A stretch of 64,000 bases of DNA, from NCBI RefSeq assembly GCF_006345805.1, contig NC_043011.1, positions 57,982,464 through 58,046,463 of the forward strand, written 5' to 3'. This stretch comes from Octopus sinensis. Lineage: Eukaryota. The notes beneath the pieces are model-generated. The model was not told the DNA's origin. It was given only the letters and a program-made list of their open reading frames with translations, and ran no database searches. Below are positions 13,478-27,027 of the stretch, piece after piece. Position numbers and translations under genes: made by a program. How positions within the stretch are numbered: position 1 is the first letter of the stretch; the number at the start of each line of letters is the position of its first letter.

Positions 13478-15163
13478 TGAGTGTGTATGTATGTACGTGT
13501 GGGTGTGGGGAAGTGTGTGTATGTGCATGTGTGTGCGCGTACATACAGGTGTGTGAGTGAGTGTGTGTGTGTATGTATGTGTGAGTGTGTATGTATGTGT
13601 GTGTAGGATGCATGTATGTGTATGGGTGTATGTATGCGTGTGTGTATGTATGTATGTGTACGTGCGTGTGTGTGTGTGTATGCGTGTAGGTGTGCGCGTG
13701 TGTATGCATGCATGCATGCATGTGCGTATGTGTGTGTGTGTGTGCATGTGTGTGGGTATATATGTATGTGCGTATATGTGTGTGTGTGTGCGTACATGTG
13801 TGTGTGTGTATGCATGTGTGTATGTAGGTGTGTAGGCGTGTGTGTATAGGTGTATGTATGTAAGTATGTATGGGTGTGTCCGTGTATGTGTGTGTATGTA
13901 TGTGTGTGTATGTAGGTGTGTGGGCGTGTGTATATGGTGTGTATGTAGGTGTGTGGGCGTGTGTATATAGGTGTATGTGTGTATGTCTGGGTGTGTCCGT
14001 GCATGTTTGTGTGTGTGTGTGTATGCATGTGTATGTAGGTGTGTGTGTACGTGTGTAATGTATGTGTGTATGCGTATGTATGCGTGCGTGTGTGTATGTA
14101 GGTGCGTGTGTATGTGTGTGGGAGTGTAGGTGTGTGTGTGCGTGTGCGTGTGCGTGTTTATGTTGGTGTGTGCGTATGTGGTGTGAGTGTATGGGTGTTG
14201 TCATGCATGTGTGTGCGCGTGCAGGTGAGTGTGTGTGTAAGTATGTGTGTGTGTATGTTTGTGTGAGTGTGTATGTGTGTATGTCTGTGTGTATGTATGT
14301 GCGTATAGGAGTATGTGGGTATGTGTGTGTGTATGTCTGAAGTAGGTATGTATGTGTATGTATGTATGTGTGTGTGTGTGTGCAGGTATGTGTGTGTGTG
14401 TGTGTGTGAGTAGGTGTGCGTGTATGTAGGGTAGGGGGATGCATGCGAGTGTGTGTGGGTATGTATGCATACATACGCACGCGCACATCCGAAGCAAGCC
14501 CACACACACGAAGCGCGCCCACGCACACAACGCACAAGCAGTACAACGCAAGCCCAAGGGCCGACCAAGCCCCCAACGCGCGCCAAGGCGCGCGAGCGCA
14601 AAGGCCCTCGAACGCCCCGCTACGCGGGAACCGAGGATCCATCAGCCAAAACCGGAAAGCAGAAAAGAGGGGGGGCTGCCTGGATGCAAAAAGGTGTATG
14701 TGTGTGTGCATTCAGTGTAAGGGTGTGCATGTGTAGGTATGTATGTATGTATGTGCCTACATGTATGTTTGCATGTGTGTGTGTGAAGTATGTACGTGCG
14801 GTGTGTGTGTGTGAGTGTGTGTGTATGTATGTGCGTATGTATGTGTGTGTGTATGTGTGTATGTATGTCTGTGTGTGTGTGTGTGTGTAAGTATGTATGT
14901 GTGTGCGTATGTATGTATGTGTGTGTGTATGTGCATGTTGGTTTGTATGTTAGTGTGTGTTAGTATGTCTGTAAGTGTGTGTGATTAAATGTGTGAATGT
15001 ATGTACGTAGATGGGTCTACATATGTGTGTGTGTGAACAGGCGTGTGGGAGGTTGGTGGGTGGGTGTGGGAGGTAGGTGGGTGGGTGTGTGCGTGTGGGA
15101 GGTAGGTGGGTGGGTGGGTGTGTGTGGGTGGTGTGTCCACAAAAAAAAAAAAAAAAACCGATC
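12462..15163 (-). mobile_element. 3' UTR and terminal repeat (pLTR) of the same Penelope-like element
   Basis: Directly downstream of the endonuclease stop: a T-run, about 2.3 kb of (CA)/(CATA)-type microsatellite with two GC islands (about 13150-13330 and 14470-14700), then a pyrimidine-rich segment with a hammerhead motif. It ends in ...cctgagcgcc...gtttggattaaaa at a (TA)n tract. The same tail recurs at 8415-8500 and 57860-57960. Confidence 0.75.
12551..12585 (-). ncRNA. Minimal type I hammerhead-like motif, family A (CCGACGA core)
   Basis: Minus strand reads GUUU-CCGACGA-A-GAGC-UCC-GCUC-GAAA-CGUC/AUAC. Stem II has 4 bp, ACGU is a palindromic stem III, the triplet is GUC, and stem I has 3 of 4 pairs. 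Confidence 0.75.
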
Positions 15164-16200
15164 TCAAGAGGAGGGGGCTGTGTTAAGTCCGTGTGGGGTG
15201 GTAGTTTGTAGGGTGAAGATGTAGCGTTGCTCCAAGTGGAGCCTGGAAAGTGGGCGACCATGGTGGGGGGCGAGACCAAACACTGAGATGTCATCTAGGG
15301 AATGGCCGGCCGAGCGGAAGTGGCGTGCGACGGGAGAAAGAGAGTGTAGGCGAACGTCCCTCAAGTGTTCAGTGAAACGGTCGGACAACGGCGTCCCGTC
15401 TGTCCTACATACAGCATCCCGCATAGGTTGCATTTAATGCAGTAAATAAGGCCAGACGAGGTGCACGTAAAAGAGTGCCTAATGCGTACAGTGTGCAGGT
15501 TGGAGCCGGTGACAGGGCGGTGGTGTGGTGATGAAGGGGCAAGTGTTGCAACGGGATCTAGAGCAGGGAATGATCCGTGTGGGGCTGTGAGGGGAAGGAG
15601 AGAGGGTGCTGTGGACCAGGAGGTCACGCAGATTGCGGGCTCGTTTGAAAGAGGACAGGGGTAGGTTAGGGAAAATGGGGCGGGTGTGTGGGATCAAGCT
15701 GGAGGCGACGGAAGGCACGTAGTATCTTGCGACGAAGGGGTAGGGTAGAGGGGGGAAAAGGAGGGGGAAGGGGGTGCGGTTGGGGGGGGGGCGGGGAAGG
15801 AGACAGGGCGGTAGTGCGGTCGATGCGACGGGCGCGGGTGAGGGCATCAGAGAGGAGTATGGGTGGGTAACCTCGGAGTCTGAACATGCGGGCCAGGTAT
15901 TGAGATTGGGTCTCGAAATCCTGGTCGCGGCTGCACAAACGTCGGAGGCGGAGGAACTGGGAGTAGGGGATGGCTCGTTTGGTGTGGAAGGGGTGGGAGG
16001 AAGAGAAGTTGAGATAGAGGTGGGAATCCGTAGGTTTAAAAAAGGCGGTGGTGGTGAGAGAGCTGGAGGGGTGATCGATGCGGAGAGAGATGTCAAGGAA
16101 GTTGACAGAGGTGTTGGAGATGGTGGAGGTGAATTGAAGAGAGGGGTGAAAGTTGGAAAGGAAAGAGATGAATTGGCAGAGAAGTTCACTTGTACTCAAT
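15164..16200 (-). mobile_element. 5'-truncated Penelope-like retroelement (Neptune-like): RT thumb, Cys linker and GIY-YIG endonuclease, with frameshifts
   Basis: Overlapping minus-strand ORFs give QFISFLSNFHPSLQFT..VNFLDI..FFKPTDSHLYLNFSSSHPFHTKRAIPYSQFLRLRRLCS (PLE RT domains 6-7 and thumb). They continue into FKRARNLRDLLVHS..PCSRSRCNTCPFI, then FTCTSSGLIYCIKCNLCGMLYVGQTGR..RFTEHLRD..VARHF..LEQRYIFTLQTTTPHGLN* (GIY-YIG). The YxDD motif is absent because the element is truncated near 16200. The segment is GC-rich relative to its flanks. Confidence 0.93.
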
Positions 16201-17689
16201 TTAATCACCTTCGAAAGGATGAAGAACACAGCTGATCCCGGTAAAAACTGAATTCCCAGAATAGATTCATAAGAAACCCGGAAGTAATTCGATGTCTGCT
16301 TTGGATTTTTATAATAAATTACTTTCCTAGAGAACAAGCTATTTAAATGTGTTACACAGTTTGGTCAATCTCAGTTGAAAATTGTTTCACTCAGTTGATG
16401 TGGAAGGAATGAATTGAATCTCCCAAACTCCCACACACAGTATCAAAATATGACTTACATTATTGTTTGTGAGGTATCATAGCCACTGTAATTGTATTTT
16501 TCTATAAAATATTGTATTCTTAATGCGATTCTATTTCTTTCCATTTATTCCTCCAGTGCCAGAATATTCTATACCATCATCAATCGCTGCGGTTGCATCT
16601 CTAAACGATGGTTTGTGCACAAAAACATAAAAACGGATCACAAATCTCACAGCAAGACTGACTAACAGCCAAATGCTAAATTCACTCTATGTTACTGTAA
16701 TATATTTTTTTAGTTCTCAGTCAATCCTATTCAAGCAGATATAAGATTAAAGGCGTTCCAGCTGCGATCATCTCTTTCATTTTGCATTCAATGTATGTTT
16801 ACGGTAAGCACGGTATGTAGAGTCATTTGAGGAATATAGCTACAATTTCTAGAAGCCACAGCGACTGCGCTGGGAGACGTCCGTCTGCGCATGGTATGAT
16901 ACTGTTGTAATAAATCAACTAAAACGGTTTGGCTCTAATGAAACCATTAAAGATCTTTAGATGGGTATGAACTTCAAAACATACCCGTTTTGGCTTCTTC
17001 ATCAATATAGTAAGCGATGTATAACGGGAAATTACTGATTGAAATAAATCGATATCGCGTTGAACTTACACCAAGAAAGTTTGGAGCACAATCGTATAGG
17101 AAATCACTTCGCGTTTTCACTTTGTAAAACACGGTCAGATGAAATTAAGCTACAGACATGCAACAACGCTGTCGCTCTATCTGTTAGAAATAATAGGTAT
17201 ATTCACCAGATTACTCTCTTTATACTGTAATAGACCCGAAGAAAATACATTCGTAAATGTAGATCTGTGTATACAAAGTGAAGGGATGGTCTAAGCGGGA
17301 AAGTCTTCATTCCTATATCTGCTTCAGCAGAATTGAGAGGCGGGAGAATAAACTAAAAGTAAAACAACAAATTGTGGCATAAAATGATTCTAAAAATTTT
17401 TGCGAATGTTGTGTGAGATTTGTGATCGGTTTTTACGTCATTCTGGGTAAATCGGTGTTTAGGGATGCAACCGCGACGCTTTTTGGTGGAAAAGCGGAAA
17501 ATAGGATCTTTGGGTTGCCTCGGGATAAGCGGAAGGGAATGGAATGGAATCGCAGTTGGAAGAAAATATTCTAAAGAATAATCCAATTACAACGATCGGG
17601 ATCATCGGAAGATTTATTCGCAGCTGGATCGCTTTCTGTCCACCAGCAACCCTTGTGGTCACGCCTACACCATCGAAGATATAATCATC

Positions 17690-18584
17690 GCCCATCATCA
17701 TCATCATCACCATCATTACCGTCGTCGTCGTCGTCGTCACCGTCGTGTCGTCAACTCCACTCTCACCATCGCCAACATACATGTAAGTATGTATGTGTGT
17801 GCGTATGTATGTATGTGTGTGTGTATGTGCATGTTGGTTTGTATGTTAGTGTGTGTTAGCTAGCGCTACCCGCCACAACGACGACCACGAGATACACCCG
17901 AGTCGCTCACATTGCTGACAACATCACCGCAAGCTGACGCCAACACTGAAAATGCTACCACAGCTACTACCTCAATCACCCCACCGCCACCACCACCACC
18001 ATCACCGCCAATACTAATACCAACACCCTTGCTTTCAGAGATATTACTAATCGGCATACATCACCACCAGCATCATCTGAAGCTGCAACATTAATCCAAC
18101 CATGACCATCCCATTTAATATAAGTACGGCTCTCACCATCATTACCTATATACCACCTCGATCATCATCATACCAACGCCATCACCACGACCACCATCAC
18201 CTCCACCACCAACATTACCACCTGCACCACCACCACCACCTCCATCATTTACACCACCATTACCACGACCACCACGACAACGAACACCACTACAACCGCC
18301 ACTGCTGCTAAAGCCACTACCACCAACACCTCCGCCGCCACCACTACTACTACCACCACCACCACCACCACCACCAACATTACCACGACCACCACCACTG
18401 CCGCCACGACGAACATCATCACCGCCACCGACTACAACGGCAACAACACAACAACTAACACGAATGACACTACAACACCATTGTCACCACCACCACCACC
18501 ACTGCCGCCAATACCATAATCACAACTGCAGCTAAACTGATAACTACAACCTACACTCTACTTGCTTCAACATGCTATTAACGC

Positions 18585-18633
<49 letters not shown>

Positions 18634-18634
18634 C

Positions 18635-18695
<61 letters not shown>

Positions 18696-18696
18696 T

Positions 18697-18739
<43 letters not shown>

Positions 18740-18791
18740 GCTGCTGCTACTACTACTACTGCTACTAATGCTACTACTACTACTGCTGCTG

Positions 18792-18826
<35 letters not shown>

Positions 18827-19075
18827 GATATTGCAACAGCTACCGTCGTTTCTTGCACCAGCTTCATTAAAGTGACAACAACCACCTACACAATAAAGCC
18901 AACACCGTTACCAGCATCATCGCACCCACCACCAACACCACAACCAACGAGAACAACAAGAACAACAACAGTAACAACAACAACAGCACCACCACCATCA
19001 GCACAAACGCAACCACCACCACAATTACCCTCCTCACCTACTGCAACAACAACAATACAGTCATCAACAAGAGAC
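17690..19075. repeat. Compound trinucleotide tract (CAT/CGT/CAC/ACT/GCT/CAA)
   Basis: Direct reading; includes pure (ACT)n, (CAC)n and (GCT)n blocks at 18580-18830. Confidence 0.95.
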
Positions 19076-19089
19076 CAATTGTATAGATT

Positions 19090-19632
19090 CGTATATATAT
19101 GATGGTGTATATACATATATATATATATATTTATTTATATGTATATATATCTATATCTATCTATATATATATACATATATACGTAGATATATACACACAC
19201 ATGTATATGTATACATACATACATCTATCTATATATTTATATATATACATATAGATATACATATACATATACATATGCATCTATACATACCTATATTTAT
19301 GCATATATATATATTGATATATATGTATATATGTATATATATTCATATATACGTAGATATATACGCACACATGTAAATGTATATGTACATATATCTATCC
19401 ATCTATATATATATATACATATATACGTAAATGTATACGCACACATGTAAATGTATACATACATATATCTATCCATCTATATATATACATATATATATAC
19501 ATATGTATATATATACATATATACACACATATATATATATGTATATATGTATATATATATATATATATATACATATGTATATATATGCATATATATATAT
19601 ATAGAGAGATATATATATATATACATACATAC

Positions 19633-19731
<99 letters not shown>

Positions 19732-20366
19732 TATATATTTCAATATGGATTCTTCTATTTCCACACCGTCCCTGATACAATTAAACCAGTTAATGGATTT
19801 AGTTTAACGTCCGCCATATCCCGTCGTCACTAAATTAATAAATTACTAAGCCAGTTGCAATTTCTTCATTTCCTTAAATGGTTATCATTGAACCATCATT
19901 AAAACTATTTAAGTCAAATACTTTCATACTCCTATTATACTTTCACTCAATTTTTAACTTTTTTCCAATTTAATATTTCATAAAATGTAAACGCTGGAAA
20001 GTTAAGAAATCATTTAGTTTTATATACATAAATATACATAATTTATATATGTATATATATATATACATATATATATATGCATACACATATATATATATAT
20101 AAATTATGTATATATGTATATATATGTGTGTATGTATATATATATATATATACACATGCATACATATATTTGTATATATAGATGCTCTTATATGTAAGCA
20201 TGTATATATGTTATATTTATATTCACATATATATATGAATAGATACATATGTAAATATGTATATACGTATACGTACATACATACATATATACATATACAT
20301 ATATAGGTATGTGTGTGTGTGTCTACTTCTCTCTTTCCCTCTCTCTCTCTATACATATATATATAT

Positions 20367-20401
<35 letters not shown>

Positions 20402-21008
20402 TCATATCTATAATTTTATGTGTCTCCATTCTACTTTTTTATGTTCACTTTAATATTTTTGTACTTTCAATATGTTCAGCTATTTTCTAAAATTTATTCC
20501 TTTATTTATTTTTTTTTTTTACATCTATTAAAAACTGTAGTCTATTTAGAGGGAATTTCGGTAATAAACAGTTTATTTCTTGCAGACATAAAAATGTATC
20601 AATTCTTTTATTTTCTTTGACATCAAAAAAAAAAAAAAAAGAGAGCGAGAGAGAGAGAAAAAACTATTGCTCATTGGAATAAATTTTCTCAAGTTCTTAC
20701 TGTTATTGATTTTTGCCATTTTTCTTAGAAATCATGGAAAATGAAACAATCCTGTAGTTTCTTCAAGATATTAATTATCTTCCTTTTCATAATGTGTGTA
20801 TGTGTGTGTGTGTGTGTATTAGAAGGAGTTTTAGAGCGTGGGAGTACGTGTCTACGTAGGAGCTATGAATCTGTATGTGCGTGTATATGTGTATAGCGAT
20901 GCATATCTACGTTTATGTGTCTTTGTTTCCGTATGCATGTCTCAGTGTGTGTACGTATATGTATGTATGAATAGATCTATGTATGAATGTATGAATTATG
21001 TATTTATG

Positions 21009-21076
<68 letters not shown>

Positions 21077-21363
21077 TATATATATATATCCATATGTATA
21101 TATGTATGTATATGTATATATATTTATGTTTATATGTATATATATATATGTATATATGTATATATATACATGTACATATATATACATATACATATGTATA
21201 TATATACATATATATGTATATATAGATGTATATATATATATATATATGTATTTATATGTATATTTATATATCTATGTCTATGTGTGTATATGTCTATCTA
21301 TCTATCTAACTACCTATCTCTTTCTGTGTGTCTGTCACTCTCTCTATATATATAAATACAGGT

Positions 21364-21421
<58 letters not shown>

Positions 21422-21524
21422 TATGTTTCTGTCTCTTAGCATGTTTGATTATATACATACAGTGTGTATGTGAATGTGCATGAATGCATACATGAATGCG
21501 TATTCCCTTGTATGCACGTGCTGG

Positions 21525-21591
<67 letters not shown>

Positions 21592-21600
21592 ATTGTTATG
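19090..21600. repeat. TA-rich compound microsatellites, including an imperfect larger-unit repeat at 19150-19500
   Basis: Direct reading; tacg(t/c)a.at.tatac.cacacatgta recurs at about 19160, 19350 and 19425. Confidence 0.93.
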
Positions 21601-22118
21601 CGTGTTGTTGTTTTCCGTCGGTATTTTTAAGTGAATTTAAACAAAAGTTATACTTTAAAAAATATGAAAAAAAAAAACACGAGACAAATCCTAATAGCGA
21701 GCAGAAGAAAAAGAGAAACTAAAAATAACAGGAAACATAATTGAAATTATATGAGATGCGTGCCTGTCAGACTGCATGGCTTTCTATAGGTTTTGCGAAC
21801 AATGACTAAAGTAAAAATAGCAGTTACATGCAACATCTGTCTGTCTGTATGTCCAAGCTAGAAGGACAAAAAAGAAAAAAAAAAAAGAATCAACCACTAA
21901 AGCAGCCAATCACATTTTCGAGCGTAAAAAATATACGAAATCGCCTAAAAGAATTAAGAAAAAAAAATGATTATCTGTAATATTATAATTTTTTATGGCT
22001 TATAATTTACGGCAAAGTTGTTCTGGATAATAGACCTACTTTGTGCGTATGGTTGTAGGACATCGACCATAAGCGAGGGATGGAACTTGAATTTGGCGAG
22101 TAAAATTAATTCGATGAA

Positions 22119-22156
<38 letters not shown>

Positions 22157-22599
22157 GACAGACTATGCTGATGATCTTGCTGATGTTTATGTATTCATAT
22201 ACGTAAATTATTAACAAGTGAAACTAATTAGTACATAGGTAATCCTTTTTTATTTCGTATATTTTCATTTGTCTTCCTTATTTTTACGCTTTGGTTTTTT
22301 GCTGAATTTTTTTCTTAAGGACACATTCTCCGTGGAAAATAGCGATTTTGACGTCTATATCTAGCATAGAAGCTGTCCACTTTTTGTGGTCAATCCTCTA
22401 AATTATATATATATATATATGAGGTGGAGGTGCCGTGAATTACATTACGATGTGGTCTAACCCTTCAAGGGTTTGTATTGTTTTCATACTTTTCTGCCCT
22501 TCTGCACTATTAGTTGTATTTGTGATGTTATGGCTATTCCTCTCACCCATTGATTGTCGTTTAAAAAATAATAATTATAGTAATAACTATTTCTCTTAT

Positions 22600-22988
22600 A
22601 GGTACAAGATCTGAAATATATTCCATGGAAAAGGCGTAGTTGTCTACATCGGCCCAGTGCTCATTGGTACTTAATTGATCGATCCAGAAAGGAGGAAAGG
22701 CAAAGTCAACCTCGGCAGAATTTGAACTCAGAACGTAAAGACAGACGAAATACCTATTTCTTTATTACCCACAAGGAGCTACACACAGAGGGGACAATCA
22801 AGGACAGACAAACGGATTAAGTCGATTATATCGACGCCAGTGCGTAACAGGTACTTATTTAATCGACCCCGAAAGGATGAAAGTCAAAGTCGACCTCGGC
22901 GTAATTTGAACTCAGATCGTAGCGGCACACGAAATACGGCTACGCATTTCGCCCGGCGCGTTAACGTTTCTACCAGCTCGCCGCCTTA
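22600..22988 (-). mobile_element. Head type 1 SINE, tandem dimer
   Basis: Two gtcgacctcggc..tttgaactcaga units joined by the same aaagaaataggt(a/g)tttcg junction seen at 42015 and 42200. Confidence 0.88.
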
Positions 22989-23565
22989 CGTTTCTCACAT
23001 ATTATGTCACTAAATGTGTTGTGATGTACATACATTAGACACAAACGGGACGCAAATAACAATGAAATATATTAAGAAAGACTCTGTCTCCCTCTTTCTC
23101 TGCCTTTCTCCCTCTTTCTCTTTGTCTCCCTCTTTCTCTGTCTGTCTCTGTCTTTCTCTCTCCGTCTCCCTCTTTCTCCGCCTGTCTCCCTCTGTCTCCC
23201 TCTTTCTCTCACTTTACTAATCCTTCGGTTAGATCAATAAACGTACGTGTTATATCTTAGTAGTTTGAAACTGAAATTTACTAATAAAACCTCTGTAGTT
23301 TAAGGCTGTACTCTTAAACGAGAAATCCAGCATATTTCAGAATTTCATATAAAATACCTAAATAGACTGAGAACGAAAAGGTAAACATTTGATAAGTAAA
23401 GCCAACATTTGTACACGTGAAAAACAACGAGGATCTTAATCGACGGTTAATAAATATAAATAGACTAAACTAGAAAAAAGTTTGGATATCTTACACAGAA
23501 CGTGTAAAAGTTTAAAGTTCCCGGTTATCTAACGACTTAGAAAGTTCAGAATTTTCTCCTTACAG

Positions 23566-23660
23566 ATAAATCAATTTAATTCCAAATTTCAAAAAGACAA
23601 GCAAAAACTGAAATTTGGAACAGAAACTCGTGTCAAAGAGAAGCAGGGAAAGAGGGCAAG
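23566..23660 (+). other. Candidate internal exon (95 nt)
   Basis: Strong acceptor aattttctccttacag| and donor AAG|gtgagg, with one open frame INQFNSKFQKDKQKLKFGTETRVKEKQGKRA. No homology recognised. Confidence 0.25.
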
Positions 23661-23959
23661 GTGAGGAGAGGGAAGTGGACGAAAGCTTATTAAGGGCAAA
23701 GGAAAAATAAAATATAAGGACCAGTTAGAGAGGAAAACAAGAATGAGAATAAGAATTGTTGGTTGCCTTAACTGAAAGGATGTTCTCAGTAATGGATTGA
23801 TTCCCGCAGTTGGTTGCTTTATCAGTGAATGAAATATGATAGACACACAACTTTAGTTCTTAATACAAATTTATTAGCATTGTAAAAGAACAGAGAAAGG
23901 ATTTCGTTATTTAATTATTTATTTGTTTGAAAATTTATTATAGCTTCTGTATTTGTTAC

Positions 23960-23999
23960 TATCATCATAATCACCACTGTTGATATTATTATTATCATT

Positions 24000-24030
<31 letters not shown>

Positions 24031-24042
24031 GTATTATTATTA

Positions 24043-24074
<32 letters not shown>

Positions 24075-24500
24075 GTTATTATTATTATCATTGTCATTAT
24101 TATTATTATTATTATTATTGTTGTTGTTGTTGCTGTTGTTGTTGTTTTTGTTATTATTGTTGTTGTTGTTGTTATTATTATTATGCTATTATTTTATTAT
24201 TATTATTATTATTATTATTGTTATTATTGTTATTATTATTATTATTAGTTGTAGTATTAGTGTTATTATTAGTTGTCGTAGTCGTAGTAGTAGTGATATT
24301 TTTAATAATTTATTGCAATTTTAATTTTTTAAAAAGAAAATTCTATAATACAACAAGTAGGGATGCTGTGATATTTTAGCAAATGAATGACATGCAATCT
24401 CAGCAAAATTAAGGAACAGAGGGAGAGAGAGAAGAGAGAAGAGATAGAGAGGAGAGAGAGAGAGAGAGAGAGGAGAGAGACAGAGAAAAGAGAGAGAGCG
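23960..24500. repeat. (ATT)n/(GTT)n tract followed by (GA)n
   Basis: Direct reading. Confidence 0.95.
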
Positions 24501-24922
24501 AGACATGGTATAGAAGATATCATTCTTAATGGATTTTAACTATCTCTGACAGTTGCTTTGACAGCTTTTGGATAGATGGCATGCTAACTCCATCCGGATT
24601 AAGACACGCACACCACCGCACGTTCACAATTGCATACGCGGTCAGAGATACGCCACACACACACACACATTCACATAACCACACTCATACACAGACACGC
24701 ATTTATATGTGTGAGTGCTTGCTTGAGTGCACCTGTGTGTGTGTGAGAGAGAGAAAGAGAGAGAAAGAGAGAGAGACGGAGAGAGGGTATCTATTCTTAA
24801 TTCGAAATTTACAACAGAAATAAATGATAAATACAACAAAAACCTAAATAACAATAAAATATCCCATTGATATTCATTTCTTAACTGAAACGTAAGATTA
24901 ATGTTTTACTCAATGATTATGG

Positions 24923-24954
<32 letters not shown>

Positions 24955-25129
24955 CTATAACCACAAAATTAGGAATTTTAACTCAATTAATTTAGGGATT
25001 TATTATCGCAGTTGAACACAGAATAAATTGCAGATGTGAGGATCAAGTGAAAACGGAGGTAAATACACACACACACACACAACACACACACATATATATA
25101 TATACATATATGGTTGTGATTGAAACACA

Positions 25130-25269
25130 ATTGTGGCCATGATGTTGGTGATGATGATGATGATGAGGAGGAGGAGGAGGACGGTTAAGGCGACAACGAC
25201 GATGATGAGGATGTCATCATCATCATCATCATCATCGTCGTCGTCATCATTATTGCTATCATCATCACC

Positions 25270-25305
<36 letters not shown>

Positions 25306-25373
25306 GTCATCATCCTCCTCCTCCTCATCATCGCTATCATCATCACCATCATCATCATCATCATCATTATCGC

Positions 25374-25416
<43 letters not shown>

Positions 25417-25470
25417 GCCATCATGATCATCATGATCGTCATCATCAACATTGTCGTCGTCGTCGTCGTC
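25130..25470. repeat. (GAT)n/(CAT)n trinucleotide tract
   Basis: Direct reading. Confidence 0.95.
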
Positions 25471-26399
25471 TTTGTGACTGTGATGTTTATTTCAAGAGAG
25501 AGAGTGTTAATGAAGCAGGGCTTAAGAAAGAATCAACTGTGGATGTTAGTTAGATGTTGTGGAAAATCGTTGAGTTTTCGAGAAAAAAAAGACCAAAAAA
25601 AAAAACATGGAAGCTTTTGACGGGGTTAGGGGCAGAGAAAAACCAGAGTTAGTACTGTTATTATTGTTGTTGTTGCTACTGCCATTGATTTTATTGTTGT
25701 TGTTGTGTTGTTGTTGTTGTTTGTTTTAAGATTTCAAAGAGAATAATTTAACGTCTAATAGCTTCTCTCTTACACTCCACTGAAAATCAGATTACTGAAG
25801 GTTTGTTGGAGCTTAATCTTTTTAGCTATCTTGATAAGTTCCTTTCTTATATGATCACAAATTATCACTTCAAAGAAAACATATGAAAGGAAAGCATAAA
25901 TAAATCAATAAAGAAATATATACAAAAATAAATAGAAATGCATAGCACCGCGTACTAACATCTCTGTTTCCTATATTCAGAGGGTTTATATAATATAAAC
26001 CTCTTATTGCAGCAGACCGCTTTAACAATAATTTCGTTCTCTTCTGGAGAAATATTTACAAGGTTTACGTTGAGTTAGTGAAGTATTCTACGGCTTAAAT
26101 GAGTAAATCTAGCTGAAAAAGTCAGAACAAATTAATAAGCATTTGGGCAACCGTAGGGCCTTAGACCAGAGAAAATGCTCGGACAAGAAGGGATCTAGAA
26201 CAAGTGTAAAGGCTTTGAGATGTAAAGGATATTGGGCAAAGAGATGTAAAAGATATTGGAGGAATGAATGACATCGTAATGAATCGGGGTGAAATGAATA
26301 TGAAGGGAACTCATAGGGATCTATATGAAAGAGTCAAAGGATTTTCACGTGAGGAAGATTACAAAGATGAGAATTCTTGAAAATGGTGGTTCGGCTTGC

Positions 26400-26690
26400 A
26401 GCAAATCTTTTGATCCATTGGATATAACCATTGCATCTATACAAAGCATCTCAATAAGATTTCCAATGGCACTGAAATTCCTAAAGTGTCAGATGAGGGA
26501 TTGTTACTAAAATATTCATGCAAATGCTTACCTCTATCAGAGAAATTCTGCAATAACGAGAACATATCAACGCCAGCTCTTTAAACGGAACAACGCCATC
26601 ATTAAAAATGGTATCCAGAGGAAGACCTGCTTTACTCAACCCCGTCTTACCTAGTTTGACAAAATCTCTTTGATGGAGCAAACATTTCTA
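26400..26690 (+). pseudogene. Highly decayed LINE RT N-terminal fragment (CR1/L2/Jockey-like)
   Basis: Mixed-frame translation PLDITIASI..SDEGLLLKYSCKCLPLSEKF..TPAL* and NPVLPSLTKSL resembles D.I...LLK..L..PL..F..P..WK and RPISLLPSLSK. Confidence 0.4.
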
Positions 26691-26749
26691 GTGATAGATA
26701 TAAATATGATTCAAGATGTATGTGTGTGTATATGTATATATATATATAT

Positions 26750-26965
26750 ATTCTTTTTTTTGCTTCAGTCATGTGAAAGTGGGCATGCTAGAGCACAAAT
26801 CGACTCTATGAATTATTTTTTGTAAGCTTGTACTTGTTGTATTGGTCTCTTTTGCCGAACCGCTAAGTTACGGGGATGTAAATACACGAACATCGCTTGA
26901 CAAGCGATGTTGGTGTATTTACAAACATAGATAAACACAGACACAGATAAACACACACACGCACA
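26750..26965 (-). mobile_element. Head type 2 SINE, 3' part
   Basis: ctcttttgccgaaccgctaagttacggggatgtaaatacac signature. Confidence 0.78.
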
Positions 26966-26973
26966 CACACAGA

Positions 26974-27027
<54 letters not shown>

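Noticed and set aside
12895-14890. Long His/Thr-rich and Cys/Val-rich ORFs (up to 543 aa)
   Set aside because: These are translations of (CA)/(CATA) microsatellite, which lacks stops in several frames; there is no real protein signal.
16200-16337. N-terminal extension of the 223-aa PLE ORF
   Set aside because: Composition switches to AT-rich flank and RT similarity stops, so this is a chance open frame beyond the 5' truncation.
17533-17788. Apparent exon with a His/Arg-rich frame ending at a GTAAGT donor
   Set aside because: The GTAAGT is the start of the exact 78-bp duplicate of PLE microsatellite. The His-rich frame has an upstream stop and only a weak acceptor.
18544-19116. Mucin-like poly-Thr/Pro ORF and poly-Val/Tyr ORFs
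   Set aside because: Pure trinucleotide repeats that are open on both strands, with no splice or domain support.
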